DNA from: the human T2T-CHM13v2.0 reference genome, Homo sapiens
Reading direction: 5' to 3' (one strand)
Length of the DNA stretch: 64,000 nucleotides
Assembly: GCF_009914755.1 (NCBI RefSeq)
Contig: NC_060936.1
Positions 26,946-42,072 of the stretch are shown here, in pieces. A program made the position numbers and the translations under genes. Every line of letters begins with the position of its first letter. The stretch's first letter is position 1. Under the pieces are notes generated by a model. It saw only the letters and a program-made list of their open reading frames with translations. It searched no databases and was not told the origin of the DNA.

Positions 26946-28149
26946 TATGAATATTCTGCTACACTCTTAGAGATCCTCTTTGCTTTAAGGCAGCTCAAGA
27001 TTACATAGGATTTGGAGATCATTCTTGATGTGAGCAAAGACCATGATTTGGATTACTCATAATTACAGTAAAAGAAATGATAAATTTGCATTATCTAAGT
27101 TTCTTAATTATCTCCCATGTATGCTATACATCAAAGGAGTTATACTGTGGATACAGGCAGGGATACTCTTGTTAGATCTAATTAAATATATTAAGACAGA
27201 CAGTAATCAGAATATCAAAAGTTACAGGGAACTAGGAGTGATATAATTTCCTTGTCCTCTTAAACAATTCTGAGCTCACATTTTTCCAATTTTTAATGAA
27301 TTCAGACTCTTTTTGGGTACACTGATTATGTCAGAGAGCAATGACCATAACGTCTGCCTCTATTCTCAAATTTCAGTAAACACATACACACACAATACAT
27401 ACCTTTCTTTGCACGGTCTAACTTATATATGCATGCATATATTTTCTGAAGCATATATAAAACTGACAATTATTTGGGTAAATTAAGCAAAAAGATCCCT
27501 TTCATTCCTTTACTGCAGAGTCACACTATACAAACATTTAACTAATCTAAATTCAACTATGCTCATTTGAAAAAAAAAATTGAAAGAAAACATAAAATAA
27601 AACAAATTAAGCAGGGGAAATAATTTTATCTTCCATCACCTTCAACGTACTTGCACTGAGTAAGCTGACACATGATACATAAGAGATGAGATTGCTATTC
27701 CCTTAGTTGGTCTCAGTTCTAGCATGGCTCTCATGGTTTGAGCATCTCACTGTGCCAAGAGTGGGTTTGTGTTTAAAGATACATACTTTTCATAAAATAT
27801 GAAACACAAATCAACAACTTCATCTGAGGCTCCACCAAAGAAATGGCAACATGTTGCAGTGGTTTGATGGACTGATCAAATGACAAGGGCATGATAGTCT
27901 TCATCATGGAAACTTCCTGAGGTATTTCCAAATGTAATTGTCCTTCCTAACTTTACAACTGTAACCCAGTTTAAATGTGACTCCGTTGTATTTCTTGCAA
28001 ATAAAAATTGATTAAATATTGAATCATGACTTTAATATGCACATCTAGGCAAGAATAGTTTTCTATTCAACTAGTTCTATTCAACTAAAAGAATAGTTGC
28101 TATTATTTTCTAAAAAACATTTAGACACAAAGGAAAGACATGAATGTGG

Positions 28150-28462
28150 AAGGTCTACAGAGGAAAACGAGGTTAAGTGAACCAAGTTTTATAAGCTAAA
28201 AGGAGTTTCCATATGAATGAACGGGACAATATCATCCTAAGCAGGTGAAGAAATAAGGAAAAAGGCATGAGAGAGAAAGCCTAGCATGTTTCAAAAGCCA
28301 AAAGAAGTTTGATATGTGTAGGGCATAAAATGGGTATCTTAAGTAGAGAGAGCTAAAGCTATAAAGGTAGAGAGAAGTCATACCACGAAGGATCTTGAAT
28401 AGCATAATAAGGAAACAGCAAGGAATTTAATGAATTTAATCAGGAAATGTATATAAGCAGAT
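28150..28462 (-). mobile_element. L2 fragment
   Basis: Purine-rich aaaggcatgagagag...agcatgtttca...taccacgaaggatcttgaatagc. Confidence 0.55.
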
Positions 28463-29603
28463 TGGTAAATTCCCCTCCTTTAACAGGAAGGGCTGGGAGA
28501 GCCAAACTGGATGACGTGGTCCTGTGCCAATGATCTTGTGTTGCAGGCCCTTTTACCTAGAGCTCTGGATACTTGAAGAGAAAAAATGAGAGGAAAATTA
28601 TCATGTCTTCTTCTTCATAAGAGAGTGGTGAGACTCAAGGCCAAAAAGTGTTTAAATGGCTTGTGAAGGCAAGAAGGATCTGCAGTAGGCCTCAGAAGCT
28701 AGAGTACTGAAGGTAGAAACTGAAAAGTCAGAAAAATTAGAACAAAGCACCTCAGATCAAAATGGTTAGATGACAGCACAATCTCAGTGAATGCAATAAA
28801 GACTGTTAAGTCATTTTACTGGAAAGGCAGATCACTGTAGCAGAGAAACTATTCTAAGCTTATGACCAATATGTGTGGCTTCACTGCTTCCAGCATAAGA
28901 TACTTTCATAGTAAAACTTTTCCATGGTGGATTCTAATGTTTAAGTATTATGTCCCTAAATACAAAATGGAAACTTTCATAAATTGTCATTTAGCAATAC
29001 TCACCTAATGTAGGCCTTAAAAATGCTATTTTGAGAAATGTTTATTTTTTTATGACACTTCAGGCACAATAGCAAATTCAAGAGCAATTATTGCAAAAAA
29101 GGGGAGATTACACTTATTACAAAATCATCTGAACCCAGTAAAATCATGTGATTTTACTTCCACTGAATAGACTAACTCAGGCCCTTCTCAAACTTTTGAA
29201 ATGTGCTATCTAGTATGTGCCATCAAGCACATCCAAATGACAAAATAAATGAACAAGCAGCAGGAAAATGCTAATAAATGTTAATACACATATTCAAAAA
29301 TAACCAATCATGGTTAGTTTTTTACCAAATTCAGAAGCTAATGCGAAGATATCTGTGATTTTAATATGCACACCTATAATACAGTCATATTCTGTTTAAA
29401 AACTGTTCCTAGTCCATATGACAAAACTAAATTGTTCATGGTTTGACCTAAAGTGCATCATAAGGAAGAAACATTAGCCTAAATCCAATTTCATGGGAAC
29501 TTCTTATTTCTGTTTTCTGGCAACTTCTTTTGATCTCAAACATATGGCTTTGGGAAATTTCCCAAAAGCTTTACTATTTCTTGAATCTTCAATTTCACAG
29601 ATT

Positions 29604-29606
<3 letters not shown>

Positions 29607-29668
<62 letters not shown>
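29607..29668. repeat. (AT)17(AC)14 compound microsatellite
   Basis: Directly visible. Confidence 0.95.
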
Positions 29669-29672
<4 letters not shown>

Positions 29673-29783
29673 GCATACATACACATAAATATATGTGCAT
29701 ACATGACTAATAACCTAATGATACAATGTGTGCTCCAATTAGAAAAAGACATGTGTTTATGTGTGTGCATGAGACACAGCGAG

Positions 29784-29785
<2 letters not shown>

Positions 29786-29822
<37 letters not shown>
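29786..29822. repeat. (TG)18 microsatellite
   Basis: Directly visible. Confidence 0.95.
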
Positions 29823-29824
<2 letters not shown>

Positions 29825-30229
29825 TTGAGTCTAAGGTTCTATACTGACCATTAACAAGTACTGTGATGATACAAGCACCTTTCCCTAATCAATGTTGTCT
29901 TGACAAGAATTTTTAAGTTTTTATTCTAATAAAGATTGATATTGTCATTTTAGGATTATCTGTGCAATCTGAATACTGGACATTTTATGTACTAGAGGTA
30001 AAATGTCTAATAAACTACATTCTTTAATAAAAAGCTGGTTAATTCTCGTGTCAGCAGAAAGAGTGCTATTTTTTTCTTAATTTTATAAATTTTCTATTAC
30101 AAGACTACAGATTTATACACATCATTTTTTAAAAAAAGGAGAACCGGTAAGTCAAAAGGCTAAGTTATATGCTCAACACTTTGTTAGGTATTTTATAGAT
30201 TTTTTTCTTCAATTATAAAAGATTGGCAT

Positions 30230-30815
30230 CTACTTTCAAGGATCTTACAATGTAGTGAGAGGTTTTTTGTTTTTTTTTTTAGCTGATATGCATGAAGCAA
30301 AAAGGAATAATAAGTGCTAACTGGGTGATACTGATTTTGAGTGTAATAAAAAATTAGAGAAGAAAGAAACGTATCAGGGCTAAAATTAGTCAAAATCTCT
30401 TGAATGAGGGAGAATTTATTTTAAACCAGTAGATTTAGAACAAGAGTACAAAAATGGGCTGTGAGCAAGCACACAGAGTAAGTGAAAAGTTTTGTGTGGC
30501 AATCCTGGTAGGTAGACTATTTGATGAATATGGAGCAATTAATTTGATCACATTTTGGAAGTCTTAAAAAGGGGCTAAGAATTTGCATTTCATGAAGCAT
30601 ATACTATAGAGCCAAGAAAGTATTTTAATAAGATGTAAAATACTAAGAATGGTATTTAAAAATCTGAGTCTGGCATTATAAGATAGAGTATGCTGGTAGG
30701 GAGTGGCAGTAATGGCAGGGAAATGTAGAGGCTCTACTCTAGACATGAGGAGCTGGGCAGAAAGTGAAGGAAATTTCTGAAAGGGAGGAAGAATCAGGGA
30801 AGATTCTAGAGGTAT
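30230..30815 (-). mobile_element. Degenerate L2
   Basis: aaggatcttacaatgtagtgagag...ttgatcacattttggaagtctt...ctactctagacatgag. Confidence 0.45.
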
Positions 30816-32834
30816 GCACCACTTATGAACTAGAAAAGCTCATTTTTATAAAAGATTATTAACCACTCTTAATACATTTACTGATTTTGGCAGTCATATT
30901 GCCCATGTAATTCCCTTGTCTCATCCCAGACGGTTAAATGTTCTATGAAGAGACAACAGTCCCCATATTTTGGAAACAGGGCACGGTATCAAAGGTAAGG
31001 TTTCTTACCTAAGGAAGCAAAAACAGCTCAACTTTTCTGTACTTCCTTTCTTTCATGCTTTTAATGGAAACCTCTGCTGTTACCATGGAGGAATTTTTTT
31101 TTTTTTTAATCTTCCATCTCTGCTCTGGCCAACTAACCACAGGACTAAAAGCTGCCTCCCTTTCTAATCTATGTGTTATGATACTGCTAACAGATGACTG
31201 TTACTAATAGATAACTGAAAACAACATGAAAATAAAGAAAACATGCATGCTTACAAGGTCTACCTGTTAAAAACAGCTGTGATTGCCTTTTCTAAAATAA
31301 AAAGGAAAACAAAACAGTTTAATTTTACTACTTACTATCCTTCTACATTTAGAGTAATTCAAAAACTACTTTAAAATGATGAAAGTAAAAGAAAGGAAAT
31401 GGTTTCAGGTAGACTATTAAAATAAATAACAAAATATATTAGCCAAAGAAAATTTAACACTTTAAGTAAAACTTCAAGCACATTATAATGTGTTGTACTC
31501 TCTCTCTCTCTCTCCCCCGCTTTTACCCCCTTTCTGGGGTTTATATGTGTATATGCATTTCTTCCTTGTCTGTTCTTTAGAACACAATCAGTCTTTCTTT
31601 GGAAATAATGCTTTTTCTTTATTCCTAAATCAACGCAGGATCAAGGAGAATTTGGAAAACTGAAGCTAAATTAAAGGCCAAATACAGAAACTACTTTTAT
31701 TTAGGTGAAGTTATATAGAAACAATGAGTCATGATATTGTTAAACTAACAGAATATAATAACTTTCTAAGGTTAAAAGAAATGAATGGAAACTCAAGTTA
31801 AAAAGACTTGGATTTCTTGGTAAGACTGGATATACACTTTTTTTTTATTGACTAGAAAATTCCATAGCATTACACTCAGCATATAGAAGCATGCAACAAA
31901 TGTGAAATGTCAACTTCATTCTAATATCCACTAGTATATTAAGTAGTGGTATAATTTCAGTTTCCAACTCTAGGGAAAGATGTAGAATAAACAAACTATA
32001 GAGCTATAAGTATTTATGTCATATTGATATTTCTTCATCAATAGTTTATAATCACATTCTTCTAGATAAGCTTTTACCTTGTGTCATTTTCAACTAGGTA
32101 AACATGTGGACAATGAGAATACGTGTGATCTGTGTTTTCTCCAAGAATTCGGTAGTAAAAAATACAATTACCTAATAAAGAGATAATAAATCTCAGGATC
32201 AAGACATAATAGACAAATCAGAGATATGCAGAAGCAGAATGACTGTGGAAACCTTAAGAATTTAACGTAACCTTGTTTGAAAGTGTTAACGTATCCAAAA
32301 AGTCAGGGAGAAAGTTCCAAGTATCTAAAACTTTCGGATGTAAGGAGAGTGAAGGTTTGATGAACAGAGGAAAGAGGAAGAACAGCAGATTTAATGAAAA
32401 TGATCAAAGATCTGGCACAATGGCAAGGCCATCCCTATTGTTGAAGGTGCATTTACTACAAATAACAAATTCTTAAAACTAGTTTGTTCTACTAACACGC
32501 TTATCATGATCTTTAAGAAAACTATTTGTCTTTCCACAAAGATTTATCTCTTTCTACAGGAAGAGAAATGTTTGTCATAAAGTGCTTCAGTATTCCGAAC
32601 TTAGGAAAAATTATGCTTTTTAAAACTATAGTTTTGGATTCCAGTTAAATAGTTTAGTCTCCTGAACTTGGATGAAGCAAATCTACAACAGAGACATGAA
32701 TTTTTGTGTGTGTGTGTGCGGTGGTAAAATCAGATTTACAAGGTTATAAGCTCTCTGATCATCAAATTTAATAAATATTCTGTAAGGCCCTTTGAGAGCC
32801 TTTCCTCTGAAGAAAGCACACTGCCGTACCTGTG

Positions 32835-33080
32835 AGTTCTCAGTTCAAATGCTCCTTTCTTAGACACTTTTTCTGACCATTGTAGGTATCTAAATTAGCT
32901 CATCATAGTCATTGTCTCTTATATCATGTTGATTCACTTTCTTCAAGGCATATACTGTCTGAAATAATATTTTCTTATTTTCTTATAATCTGTCTTCATC
33001 CACTAGTATATAAGTTCTAAAGAGTAAGGACATTGTCTATCTTGCTATTCAATGTATCTCCAATGCCTAGAACAATATTT
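32835..33080 (+). mobile_element. L2 3' end
   Basis: tctcagttcaaatgctcctttc...cactagtatataagttctaaagagtaaggacattgtctatcttg...caatgcctagaaca. Confidence 0.75.
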
Positions 33081-33974
33081 TTTATGTTCCCCTTATAAAT
33101 GTAATTTAATGTGGAATGAAAGTAAGCTAAAGGAAGTATGTCTAGTTCGTATAACAGTAATTTAATGAGAAGGATAGTACCTTAGCCATTTCATTGTGTT
33201 GAAAGATGTACTGATTCTGGGGGAAGAACAGATAATCAAATGATAATTTTGTTTGACCAGAAAGAACTAAGCAAAGATTTAAAAGTAGTTTTAGCATATT
33301 ACAATTTAGAAATATAGTAAATTTGACCATGTGCTGAGGAATTAAGTTGAAATAGAGAATCAAGTTATATAGCAAAACATGAATTCAATATGAAAAACTC
33401 TTGTCTAGAAGCCTTTATTTTTTGTTCTAGCAAACAGAAAATAATAAAACTGTTGCAAATAAAGAAGCAAAAAGGAAGGTGTTAATTCATATGAAAACCA
33501 TATAGCACAAGATCTTAGAAATTTTTCTTTTCTTTTTGTCTTTACTTCACAGTAACTTTACCCAAATTTTAGGAAAAAAACAGATATTTTGATAATGTTT
33601 AATTGACATGGAACTGACAGGCTCCAAAGAGGCCACCACTAAAGCGCATTTCCTCCACATGCAACAAATACAGATAATTTACCACGTAGATTCCCAGACA
33701 TTGGACAAGTGTCTGGGAATTTGGCAATAAACAAGTTGGGCTCTCCTACCTGCCTTCATGGAGTTTATCACCTGGAGGATTGTTATAAAAACAACAACTA
33801 AACATTTGTGACACCGTTATTCTACTCTTCTTAACAAAACTCAATCAGAATGTAACTGCTGAATAATTAACATCTAAAATTTCCAAAAAGATATTTAAAA
33901 TAAGCTAACAAATTGAGTATATTTAATGCAATATTATGATGACGAGAAAGGAAAAAAAAAGTAACCATGCACAG

Positions 33975-34457
<483 letters not shown>

Positions 34458-34626
34458 GATATATTTTATTTACACATCAAATTTACATAAAAACCAAAAT
34501 AAAATGGGAATATGCAATAAAGAATGGTGTTGTGTGAGTACACAGACTTCTCCAAGGCTCTACTGATTCTTCAGTTTTGAAGAAGCATTGCAACTCTTTC
34601 TTCATGGCATCAGAAAAAAAATCATT

Positions 34627-34925
<299 letters not shown>

Positions 34926-36349
34926 TAAAAATCATCTATTTAATCAACACTTTGCGCATCTTCTTTGAGAAAGATCACAACTGACAAGTGTTCTTGATGC
35001 AATTTATTTACCATTAATGACATGAATTCTACAAAGTAAATTTTATAAGAGGTGACTGTTCCCCAACCTGAGAGCTTTTATTGAGAATTTAGACATTACT
35101 TTAAAATTAGTCTTGAGAAGTTGTAAATCAAAAACCTACTACCTTAAATACCTAATTTTTCCATTTCCTTTGGTTTGTTGTTATAGGATTAGTATAAATG
35201 CTGAATTGGTGTCATTTGTGTTTAAACCAAACATTGATTTATTTGTGGGGAAAAGAAACAAGCGGTGGAATGTTGCAAAATTAAATAAAAAAATTTTAAT
35301 GAAAAGCCTAAATCATTTCAAATAGTAAATTTTGATAATTTATTCCAAAAGTTTACTTTTTATGTAATCACCTGCCTTCCTAAGAAAGAATGCATGAACA
35401 AAATATAAAGTGGTAGTTTATTGTTTTGTTTTTATCAATTCTAAACTCACTCACTAGGAATGCACAAATAAATCAGTTAGATGGACAATAATGTTGAATA
35501 ATGCTATGCATTTAAAAAAATGTTCGTAAGGCATTAAAGGGACTTATAGTTGGAATATACATATACCCAGACACAAACACACAAACACTACTAAAATGCA
35601 TTGGGGATGCTTCTTGATGTCGAGAAAACATAAGACTCCTTAATTTTAGTAAGTCCATCCAAATCTATTTAGTCTCTCAAAGTAAGCAATAGAAGAATTA
35701 TAGTTTTTTTAGATTTTTTTCATGGTGTTGTTAAATTAAAAATTTTTTTCCTCTCATTTTTGTTGGCATTTTCTTTCCTTGTTTGGGCCAGAATTTACAA
35801 ACAGGAAAGTAGAACTGTGAAGATTTTTTAAATAGTGGGAAAACAAGTTACCTAAGCTTCTTTAAATTTAAAATGAAAAGTTTTCTTTTCTAGTTATTAA
35901 TTCAGTGCTTTTATTTTTAAAAAGAACCATGAAACCATTCTTTTTCCATTGCTCATCCAATTCTTTTCCTAAGGATAGTGAAGTTTTGTTATAATAGGAT
36001 ATGAATCTTAAGAAATTATTGGTTTATCCCACAACAGCTAGTGTTTCAATCATACCAGAAAGACATACTTCCACTTACAAATATTAAAAAACAAATTTTA
36101 TATTCTTGGTAATAGATTTTAGGCAGTAAGTTCAAACTATTGTATGTAGCTATTTAAATTATAAAAAGTCCTTGTTTTAAACATACATTTTTCTTTTCAG
36201 GAATGATAATTACTGCTTAGATATTCCTTGGTAACCAAGGATTTTAAGAAAATCCTGGGAAAATAATCATGTAAATGGAAGAAAATCAAATCTGGAAAGG
36301 ACTATTTTGTTTCTGTTCTAAAACATTTAATAAACACCCACTTTTCCAT

Positions 36350-36397
36350 TGGTGGACAGAGTGAGACTCCATCTCAAAAAAAAAAAAAAGAAAAAAG
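36350..36397 (+). mobile_element. Alu 3' terminal fragment plus A tail
   Basis: gacagagtgagactccatctc followed by an A-rich tail. Confidence 0.85.
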
Positions 36398-37439
36398 AGA
36401 CCTAGAAATCATAGTGCTTTAATTTAGAAGCATTAGATACTCATTAAAACTTAACTGTAGGTTTATCTCTGCACAAACAACTGATAAAACAAGCATTTAG
36501 GATATATGAAAGTAACTGGTATGATAAAGGAACTTAAGATTTTAAATACACCAATCGGAAGAGATCTGACATTCTGAAGTACCAAAGTCGTCTGCTCTGT
36601 GAACAAACTATTTAAAACAGTATGAAAGAATTTTGGTCTCACTTTTTTCCATTTTCAATTCCTTTGTGACTACTTAAAACAAAAGATTTAAACCGACTAA
36701 TTTTATATTAAAGGGCAGTTAGAAACCTTTCTTTTCCATATCATTGGTTAAAAGAAAATTACACATTTTCTTCGATCCAAAATTTGCATACACGATGAAC
36801 ACAGTCATCTGAAATATATCAATAGCAACTTCATTAGAATCAAAATTACATTCCTTTCAAGTAACACCCATTGCTAACATAGAAATTTAAAGTCTTCAGT
36901 AAGAGAATATACTCAACTAAAACAGACTAGGAACATAGTGTGACATACTAGTCTATTCTGGAAACAAACCACAGTGATTGTTGTCGTCTAATCAATCAAA
37001 GAGACTTCAACTTAGTATAGGTTGATTAAAAAACTAGAAACATTATTGATGTTAGTTGTAAAGTAAAATAAGGGTTATAAAATTCATGACACTGTAGTTA
37101 CAGGCTCAATGCTCATAACCATTACACATCAACTTTAGCAGAGATAATACATAGGAAAGTGAGAAAGTGCTCCTGCTTAGACCCGAGATGCTGCAGCAGA
37201 AGTAACAGGATCTGAGAAGAGTCTTATGAAATGAAGACAATGAGAAAGATACTGCTCATCTATTTATTTGATATTGGAATTTGAATATATATTATACTAG
37301 ATATAACAAAAAGACTAAATACTAGCTAAACACAGGTGTGAAAGTGTTATTAAAAAGTTGTAGTATTCATTTTTATTATGGTTTATCATTTAAAAAAACA
37401 AAATTGGAGTTACAGAAAGACAAAGTTCAAAAATAAAAA

Positions 37440-37960
37440 TAAATTTTAAAAGGCAGAAAAAGAAGGACTTGGAAATAAAATGAGTAGAAGGATTCAGGTC
37501 AGAGAGTAGCAAATGTAAACCTAAGGTTTAGTACAATTGCTAGGGCATCCTATTGTCCAGAGCTGTAAGAGAAACAGTTTACAGTTTTATGATGTCCATC
37601 AGATAAAAACAAATCAGTCGCACAGAAACAAGCTTTCTTAACACACAAACCTGAGTGAAAATTTTCCCATGGGTCCTCATTAATGGAACACTTGATTTGA
37701 TTTAGTAAACTACGTGCTTGTAATAGCATTTTTTTTTAATGAACATTTCTTTTAAAATTCTTCTGGGTGGACTTACGAGGTAATGTCAAAGCACGGTTTA
37801 ATAAAAGCAATTGTATAATGGCCTGGGAATGAAACATGATAAAGTTCTGTTTCATCCAGGGATAAAATTTAGAAACCTTTAGGTATGCTTGGACTTGGGG
37901 TAATCAGATATGAATATTCTATTTTGTAAGTGAGCTTTTGATAAGAATTTAACGGCAGAG
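37440..37960 (-). mobile_element. Probable L4 (RTE-X) fragment
   Basis: aaattttcccatgggtcctcat...acact and aataaaagcaattg...cagggataaaatttagaa resemble L4 as I recall it. Confidence 0.45.
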
Positions 37961-39778
37961 AGTTCAGATTTTATACAATTTGACAAGAACACAGCAGAAA
38001 TTCTATATTGTTGAATAAACTGATGAAATAAGTAATTTCATATTAATCAATATTTTAATATATATCAATTAAGCACATACCATGTGCCACACAGCATTCA
38101 CTAGAAATGAATAGTATTGAATTTAAACAACAAAACAGATTAAGTACCAAAAAATTATACTGTTTCTGTGTTTATTATAGCTGAAGAAACCTAATACAAG
38201 ATAAAAATAAATTTATTAAGGGCCATAGAGAATATTTGTAACCTATTCCTAAGGTCTGCCAATGAATCTTTTCTTCAGAGAGCAGAGCTGCCACATTTAA
38301 ATAAAAATGTTGTCAAAACATAAGTATAAATCATAAATCTCCAGAACTGATATAAGAAATATGTATGGGCAAGAGCACACAGAAAAGAAAAGGAGGGCAG
38401 AGAAAAGAAAGAAAGAAAACTGAACGAGTGACTAGATCATAATGCAATCAAAGATTATCCATTTTCCTCCTTTAATTCTGATCCTTTCTTTGAAATAAAA
38501 AAAAAAACATTAAATTATGTTACCATTTTCAAAGGCCATCTTGCCGTGTGCTTAACATATATTTTAATTCTGAGGGTAACAATGGTGACTGCCAACAATA
38601 TCCAAGGAACATGCGTTTTTTTCCCATTCTTAGCAGTATTAACCTTTTAAGTGAGAGAATGGAAATCTTCCTTTTCTAATAAATGTGATCCGAAGGAGAG
38701 TGTGAACCAGTTTTATTCTATCTGCCTCTGGCCTATTCTTAAAGGAGAATATGTTTCTTTTTAGGATATTCTTTCAATTGAAGTATCACGTGTTTAGGGG
38801 CAAGGTCTCACGGAAAATATTAACCTAGATCTTGAAAGGCTAATTTCTTATTGTATTAATATAGCCAATGCTACCATTAAAATTCTCAGGATAATTTATC
38901 TGTCAAGTAAATACACTTTGAAAATATCTAGGAAAGAAAATCATATTTACAAATATGCCAACCTCAATTTCAAGTTTTATAAGGAGATCACAGAAAAAGG
39001 TAATAGAACACAAAATTACTTTTACTGCAGTTGAAATGCAACTAATAAAATCAGATCTTGATCTGGATATTACCAGATATATGTGAGAAAGAAAATAAGA
39101 AAAATAACCATATACATAGAAACACTGATACATTTCATACTTTTGAAAAACAACAAATCTGTGCCTCAGGAAAATGTAACACTCCAGCTTTTTCAAGCTC
39201 AACCCCGCAAGTCCATTCTTAGAATAATTTGTATGGTAAATATCACAGAATGCTTTTTATAAGCACTATTAAGAGAACTATGTAAAGCAAACCTGTAACA
39301 AATCCTTACACTCTGCCTAAAGAGCATCAAATTCAGAAAATATGTTCATATAGAATGTACCTAACAATTTGGGCTCAATATGATAATCACTATGATAATA
39401 ACTATAAAACTGAAAAACAAATGTATGAAATAGAACAACATTTGCTTTAATTTTTCCAGTTTATGTGTTCTACTTAATTGCCAGAAGACATTATTATTTC
39501 TCTTCATTTACATAATTTTCTGTGTTTATGTGAATTTTATTATTTCATAATCATATCTTAAGTGTCATGATTTGCAAAATATACATACGCATGTATTAAA
39601 TATGAATAAAGTTTTCAAGAAAGGCATTGTTTTAGAAAATAAAAATTCTGTCAAGAACTCGATACCATACATTCAATAAATAATAGTGACTTTATGATGT
39701 CACACTCTTAATTCTGTTATTTCTTTCACAACCTCATTGTCCCTTCTTGCAGCGCCTGCCCTCCCTGGTACCTCTCAC

Positions 39779-39780
<2 letters not shown>

Positions 39781-39841
<61 letters not shown>
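39781..39841. repeat. (CT)14(CA)16 compound microsatellite
   Basis: Directly visible. Confidence 0.95.
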
Positions 39842-39843
<2 letters not shown>

Positions 39844-40054
39844 AAGTTCTGTGAACACTCCTTTCTTTTCAATTGATACATTTTCCACTATTGATCTTAA
39901 CTATTTCTATTATCACTTCTATGTAAATTAATCCAGAATCATTCTACTTATGACCAGACTCATGTTTTCAACTGTCTCCTAAATACCTGTGATTGTCTTT
40001 CAGTTACAAGCCGGCCTATCCAGACTGTACCCTACTAATAAAAGTTAGTGTCTA

Positions 40055-40232
40055 GTTATTGAGTACAGACAAAGGGCCAAGCACAGTAATAGGCTTTTTC
40101 TATGCATGCAATCTCATTTAATATTTACACCCCGCTCTATAAGGTAGACAATTAATATTCCATTAAAACTGAGAAAATGTTGCCTACATTCTTGCAGCAA
40201 GTAATTGGCAAATTGGCATTTCAACTTGGGAA
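40055..40232 (-). mobile_element. MIR
   Basis: ttattgagt...ccaagcacagtaataggc...atctcatttaat...gttgccta. Confidence 0.55.
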
Positions 40233-40557
40233 AACCCTAATTCTTCCATTCTTCCAATGTCCCTCATCTCAGTAAATAACGTTACCAGTCTAACAACTGC
40301 TGAGGATCAAAATTTCAGAGGAAATTTCTATTTTTTCCAACCTATCTACCAGTAATGAAGACTTGTTAATTACACAGAGGCAGCTTTTCTTAAGAATGGT
40401 TATTACCACAGGTGTAGAAGATGACAGGACTCAAGCTACACAAAACACTTTCTTGGGTCCAACTCCTGACTATGGAGTAATCATAATTACATATTCGGCT
40501 TCTATTGTCTCAGATATTGTTTTCCCGAACTATGCAAGTGTGCTTGAATTTCCAGTT

Positions 40558-40722
40558 GTTTTTGTTTTTAGAAACAGAGTCTCACTATGTTGCCCAGGCT
40601 GGAATGCAGTGGCTATTTGCAGGTGCAATCATAGCATACTACAGCCTCAAATTGTAGGGCTCAAGGGATCCTCCTGCCTCAGCACCCGGAGTAGCTGCAT
40701 AAGCATGTGCCACTGCACGGGC
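40558..40722 (-). mobile_element. FAM (fossil Alu monomer)
   Basis: gcagtggctatttgcaggtgcaatcatagcatactacagcctc. Flanked by agttgttt on both sides. Confidence 0.85.
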
Positions 40723-41604
40723 TTTAGTTGTTTATAGTGGAATGAGATAATTGTGTTTCAGAGCATTTCAGCTGCAGTGTTCAATGGGCTGACAGGTATC
40801 CTGCAGACATAAAGGCCATAATGTACTATGGAAATTTCATTGCCAAGTTCCTTATCCACAACCTGCATTGTTGTGAAGGTATATCACATACTAAAGTTCA
40901 GACCAATTAGACTACCACTTTAACCAATAAAAAAAATCAGAGAAGATGAGATCTTATAAATTTGATCACCCACTTACTTTGTTTATATGAATTACTGAGA
41001 CTCAGTAACTTCTAAATTGTGGTTGATGTGGTTCTTTAAACATAGTTTATAATAAGTGAAATACTGAAACTCCCAAGGTTTGACAAATAGTGAAATTAAA
41101 AAGTGATACCTATTTCAAATAAAGTATTTGAAATAGGTATCACTTTTTTGAAATAGGTATCACTTTTTAATTTTACTTGTATATAGAATACCTATAGACA
41201 AGACTGACTCTAGCAAAAATTAGTAGGGGATATAGAGTAAAAATATTAAATTATCTCTTTCTAAGATTTATTCTTTAATTTTAAAATCAAATTTATTAAT
41301 CAGGGAAGATTTTTAAATAGTATCTAAGTTTTCATTTTTATATGTGAAAATTATAATATAGAAAGTTATTTGCAGGTGTCAAACGTGTACACAACTATAT
41401 AGAAAAACTTTATTGTAAAGTGCTGATGAAAGACCAGAAGGAAAGCTTAGAATGTTAAGTATAGGGAAGAGATTGAGAGAGTGTCTACAATGGGAATATA
41501 GAATAGAGATACGAAAACCCCACAGTCAACTGAGGAAAAATAGTAATGACCCATCATTTCACACATGGGGATACACATAACTAAGGCGATAAAAATCTCG
41601 GACA

Positions 41605-42072
<468 letters not shown>

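Noticed and set aside
28051-28100. Nested short repeats (ttctattcaacta x2, aagaatagtt x2)
   Set aside because: Probably a small repair scar, too short to support any function.
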